IMG/VR virus record: IMGVR_UViG_3300043821_000021
Origin: a virus
Strand: one strand, 5' to 3'
Length of the DNA: 37,733 bases
The notes beneath the pieces were generated by a model. The model was not told the DNA's origin. It did no database searches and saw only the letters and a program-made list of their open reading frames with translations. A program made the translations under genes and the position numbers. The first letter of the stretch is position 1. Each line of letters begins with the position of its first letter. This document shows positions 34,654 to 37,733 of the stretch, piece by piece.

Positions 34654-35135
34654 ATCTCTCCGAATAATGGAATTTCCGACCCTGGCGTTATCTTATATGA
34701 AGCGTAACGCTTACCTGTTTGTTCGTCACGTATCATCGTGGTAGTGATATCCCAGCCCTTGTCTTTCAGATCAGCGATTCTAGCTCCAAGGCGAAACGTG
34801 CCGAACATTTTGAGCGCTTTCATAGGCGTTATTGAATTACCCTCTTTGAGATAATCCAGTATTCGCTTACACTGTGATCCTCTGGATGCCTCGTTTGGAT
34901 TGTCGTTAGCTTTCATATCTCTACAGTGTTTTTGATTGCCTTTCTCTCTCTGAGTGATCTCTTGAATGCCGCTACTTGCCTGAGCCGCACGCTTGTTCTC
35001 TCTAGTCCGTGTATTCTCGCATTCTCTACAGTAACCATAGATGTAGCCCCATTTGTTCCTGTAATAATATTCTTCTGTTCTAGGCAGAATTCTGCCACAT
35101 TTTGGGCATCTTTTTGTATCTCTTCCTTTGTACAT
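34650..35135 (-). CDS. Zn-ribbon plus winged-HTH DNA-binding protein
   Basis: The N-terminus has CPKCG...CRECE (four Cys). The C-terminus ILDYLKEGNSITPMKALKMFGTFRLGARIADLKDKGWDI matches the wHTH pattern LG..RL..RI.-L...G..I. Confidence 0.5.
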   Translation of the reverse strand: MYKGRDTKRCPKCGRILPRTEEYYYRNKWGYIYGYCRECENTRTRENKRAAQASSGIQEITQREKGNQKHCRDMKANDNPNEASRGSQCKRILDYLKEGNSITPMKALKMFGTFRLGARIADLKDKGWDITTTMIRDEQTGKRYASYKITPGSEIPLFGEI

Positions 35136-35227
35136 TTCCTTAATAGTTTAGAGTGTTTGAATATGCTAGTAGTAATAGCCCAGCGATTATCAGCATCACA
35201 GCTGCTGTCTTTATAATCGTGAACCAA

Positions 35228-36199
35228 TCAGCCTTTCCCCTCTCCATCTCCATTTCTGTATTTTATTTTCCACTCTTCGATAGCTCGGATAAGTTCATCA
35301 GCATATTCTATTGCATTGTATTTTTCCGGATCTATTCCCTGAAGGCCTGCCTCAAAGTTCAGATCTGCTAGAATATGCTTACTCATGCGCTCATGAGCCT
35401 CTATTGCAAGTTGCCGTACCTCTGCTAATGTCATCCCCGGTTTGGTCTCCGATGGAATGTATGATGAAGGTGTAAGGTTGGCATCATTTGCCAGCACCCT
35501 TTCAACCGAGACAGTGATTTCTTTGCCGGTCTGATGGTCGCAGAACCGAATATTGTCAATCGGATAAAAATCCTTTTTGAATACAATAAGAGCTGTGGCT
35601 ATAGAAGTATCGGCGAAATAGCCGCCCTCTATCAGCGTTACGCTTTCAATGATTCTTTTCTCCACGATCCATCTTCTTATCTTGCCTTCCCTCTGGCCTC
35701 TGTAGAGGATTCCAGGGAAATTCAAAACGGCAGCTGTGCCTGGATTGGCAAGCACATAGATTATATGCATCAAGAAAGCGAAGTCAGCTTTGGATGGTGG
35801 AGGCAGGCACGGCGCATCCTTAAATCTAGGATCATCCGCTTTGACTTTATCTGGCTCCCATGGTATGGAAAACGGATAATTCGCTACTATCGATTGGAAT
35901 TTACAATTAGGCCAATATGGATCAGTAAGAGTATTGCCGCCTACGATGTAAGCATTTGTTAAACGTTTCTGTGCTATTTCTGCTTGTTTATAATCCAACT
36001 CCTGTCCATATTTCCTTATGGTGTCAGGAAACACAGCCAGAAGGTTACCGCTTCCACATGTCGGATCATATACCTCATTCGCTGGATTTACGATGTCTCT
36101 AAGCATAACTGCAAGCCTGGAGTCAGTATAGAACACTCCCTGTTTTTTGAAATCTTGCCTTATGCTCTTAAGATTATGTCTGTCTTTGAACTCTCCCAT
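35228..36199 (-). CDS. N6-adenine DNA methyltransferase (gamma-type motif order), orphan
   Basis: Motif I is VYDPTCGSGNLL and motif IV is VANYPFS (an NPPY-type variant). No partner restriction gene is present in the genome. Confidence 0.85.
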   Translation of the reverse strand: MGEFKDRHNLKSIRQDFKKQGVFYTDSRLAVMLRDIVNPANEVYDPTCGSGNLLAVFPDTIRKYGQELDYKQAEIAQKRLTNAYIVGGNTLTDPYWPNCKFQSIVANYPFSIPWEPDKVKADDPRFKDAPCLPPPSKADFAFLMHIIYVLANPGTAAVLNFPGILYRGQREGKIRRWIVEKRIIESVTLIEGGYFADTSIATALIVFKKDFYPIDNIRFCDHQTGKEITVSVERVLANDANLTPSSYIPSETKPGMTLAEVRQLAIEAHERMSKHILADLNFEAGLQGIDPEKYNAIEYADELIRAIEEWKIKYRNGDGEGKG

Positions 36200-36317
36200 T
36201 GTTCGCTTTAAAAATTAGAGCCCAGCCACGGATTCCTCCGTTAGAATGCCTATCCAATACAATATTGTTTAACACATATTCCTGGTAAAGTAGTAGGCGA
36301 CTGGGCTGATGTTAACT

Positions 36318-36539
36318 CTATTCGCTTTTCTCTACTTCTTGCTGGTTAATAACGGTCTCCAACACCCAAACACCACCGTTCTGCTCGATATAAGCTCTTA
36401 TCTCGATTGCCTTTTTAGAATTGATTCTGAGATGTACTATCTTCCATAATGCGACGCCACTGATCTTGTACTTCTTCAAAACCTCCTTCCGAAGTTTCGC
36501 TGGAACCCTTAAATACTGCTTTGTAGTTGGTATAATCAT
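36318..36539 (-). CDS. Small DNA-binding protein in the Cro/excisionase position
   Basis: 73-aa basic ORF, divergent from the cI-like gene and first in the early leftward operon. Confidence 0.45.
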   Translation of the reverse strand: MIIPTTKQYLRVPAKLRKEVLKKYKISGVALWKIVHLRINSKKAIEIRAYIEQNGGVWVLETVINQQEVEKSE

Positions 36540-36671
36540 AACTTTTAATAATTTTGTTCTCGGTTAATTCATTAACTATATGCAAAGTTAGTAAATGAAA
36601 GTAAATAAAAAAAACTTTTGCTAACAATTTTTGAGAATTTTTTTTGTTGAGTAACATAACCTTTTGATGGA
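36540..36671. promoter_or_regulatory. Divergent control region (genetic switch)
   Basis: 132-bp AT-rich gap between divergent genes. It holds the palindrome GTTAAT-TC-ATTAAC at 36563..36576. A Bacteroidota-type -7 box TAACTTTG lies on the - strand at 36590..36583, 44 nt upstream of the ATG at 36539. A direct repeat AGTAAAT x2 lies at about 36590..36606. Confidence 0.5.
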
Positions 36672-37052
36672 ATGGAAAATAAATTCAAAGAATTTCGGAA
36701 AGTCAATCAGATCTCTCAAGAAGAATTGGCTCAATTTCTAGGCGTGACTAGAAGCTTCATCTCGCAAGTGGAAACAGGTAGAAGTCCGCTCCCATTTGAG
36801 TTGCGTAAACTCATTCAGGAAAATCACGATTGGAACAGTTCAATGCTCGAACCGGAAAAACCTATCAGCAATCAGCAACTGTTAGATCTCATCGCAAGCC
36901 AGCAAAAGACGATAGAAATGCAAGCTCGCACCATCGAACTACTTGAAAAAAAGAACCGCATCACTGGATGCCCAAGAGGACTATCCTGCCGGATGTGCCG
37001 CTGCAAGTGGGCAATGATAGACTGTCACTTAGCTAAAAAGAGTAAGTATTAA
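36672..37052 (+). CDS. XRE/cI-like HTH repressor
   Basis: ISQEELAQFLGVTRSFISQVETGRSPLP is a classic XRE helix-turn-helix. A coiled-coil segment follows, and the gene is divergent from the early operon. Confidence 0.7.
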   Translation: MENKFKEFRKVNQISQEELAQFLGVTRSFISQVETGRSPLPFELRKLIQENHDWNSSMLEPEKPISNQQLLDLIASQQKTIEMQARTIELLEKKNRITGCPRGLSCRMCRCKWAMIDCHLAKKSKY

Positions 37053-37067
37053 TCAATATATCAGATT

Positions 37068-37532
37068 ATGAAAAGAACAATTTTATTAGCGGCAACCTTG
37101 CTGATTCTTGCTGGTTGCTCCGTGATGAAGCCTACAGAAAGGGAAATCACTACCCTCTTTCTAGATTACAGGCCTTACGCCGAACAAGGTTTCTTCCTCA
37201 GCTCAGATCCATATCCAGAAGAGTTCACGTCTTTAGGCGAAATCCAGATTGAAGTATTGCCGGCAATGATACCGAAAGGGAAAATAGCTATCAGGGAACA
37301 ACAAAAATATTCAGATGGCACTTACAATTCCTCTGGGTTTTCACAACTTGTTCCTGAAGATATTTCGGGCTCTGACTTACTTGATATAGCTGTGAGCAAG
37401 GCAAAAGATCTGGGAGCAAATGGCATTGCGAATCTGAAGATAAGATATGTGAAGCAAGGCTATGTGCCAGTCAAAGGAGGCACGATAGATTCATCATATT
37501 GGGAAATCACCGGCCTCTGCATACGGAGATAA
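37068..37532 (+). CDS. Lipoprotein (lysogeny-expressed moron; superinfection-exclusion candidate)
   Basis: Signal peptide with lipobox LLILAGC. 154 aa, located between the repressor and the integrase. The last 54 nt are duplicated at 1..54. Confidence 0.6.
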   Translation: MKRTILLAATLLILAGCSVMKPTEREITTLFLDYRPYAEQGFFLSSDPYPEEFTSLGEIQIEVLPAMIPKGKIAIREQQKYSDGTYNSSGFSQLVPEDISGSDLLDIAVSKAKDLGANGIANLKIRYVKQGYVPVKGGTIDSSYWEITGLCIRR

Positions 37533-37733
37533 AAGGGCCAATAATCTGGCTGCATATAAAGAAAAAATCAGCATGCTTAATCTATCAGATTACTGGAACA
37601 TACTGAATTAATGAGTATTACGGCTTGTGGCATCGGGACAAAATCGGGACAAAAACGGCCCAAAACCAGCTGATGACAGTAGAAAAGCACATTGATAATG
37701 AATAAGTTAGAAAATGATACTCAGGGTGGGCGA
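37479..37733. repeat. Terminal direct repeat, copy 2 (identical to 1..255)
   Basis: Same 255 nt as the window start. The unique genome length is therefore 37,478 bp. Confidence 0.95.

Overview
The window is one complete, circularly closed temperate phage genome of about 37,478 bp. The first 255 nt are identical to the last 255 nt. Everything below is read by eye from the sequence and the ORF track; no database search was possible, so product names rest on recognisable motifs and gene order. A Bacteroidota host is likely: there are no Shine-Dalgarno sequences, a TAnnTTTG-type -7 box sits upstream of an early gene, the integrase is of the Bacteroidota phage/CTn type, and a GH108-like muramidase is present. 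Only three genes are on the + strand, forming a lysogeny unit that runs across the window junction: cI-like repressor, lipoprotein and tyrosine integrase. All other genes are on the - strand. Read from high to low coordinates they are: Cro/Xis-like gene, N6-adenine methyltransferase, Zn-ribbon/wHTH protein, DUF4406-like protein, a tRNA-like element, a primase-helicase, an iteron field, S49 protease-scaffold, major capsid protein, GH108 muramidase, large terminase, portal, tape measure, large tail/baseplate proteins, a diversity-generating retroelement (DGR), another fibre-like gene, holin-like and u-spanin-like genes, and a PLD/HKD-like gene. The standout feature is the DGR. TR and VR are 112 bp each and differ at 17 positions, all at TR adenines. 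VR lies in the C-terminal lectin-like end of a tail-fibre-like protein. The DGR is unusual in three ways: its reverse transcriptase is spread over three reading frames and needs two +1 shifts, no Avd-like gene is present, and the RT carries an extra C-terminal domain of about 116 aa. Other points worth follow-up are a PLD/HKD domain split by a single in-frame TGA, a 91-nt tRNA-like minihelix that does not fold as a cloverleaf, at least 10 copies of a TTGACAC(C) iteron next to the primase-helicase, and two tandem CGGGACA repeat pairs around the integrase start.
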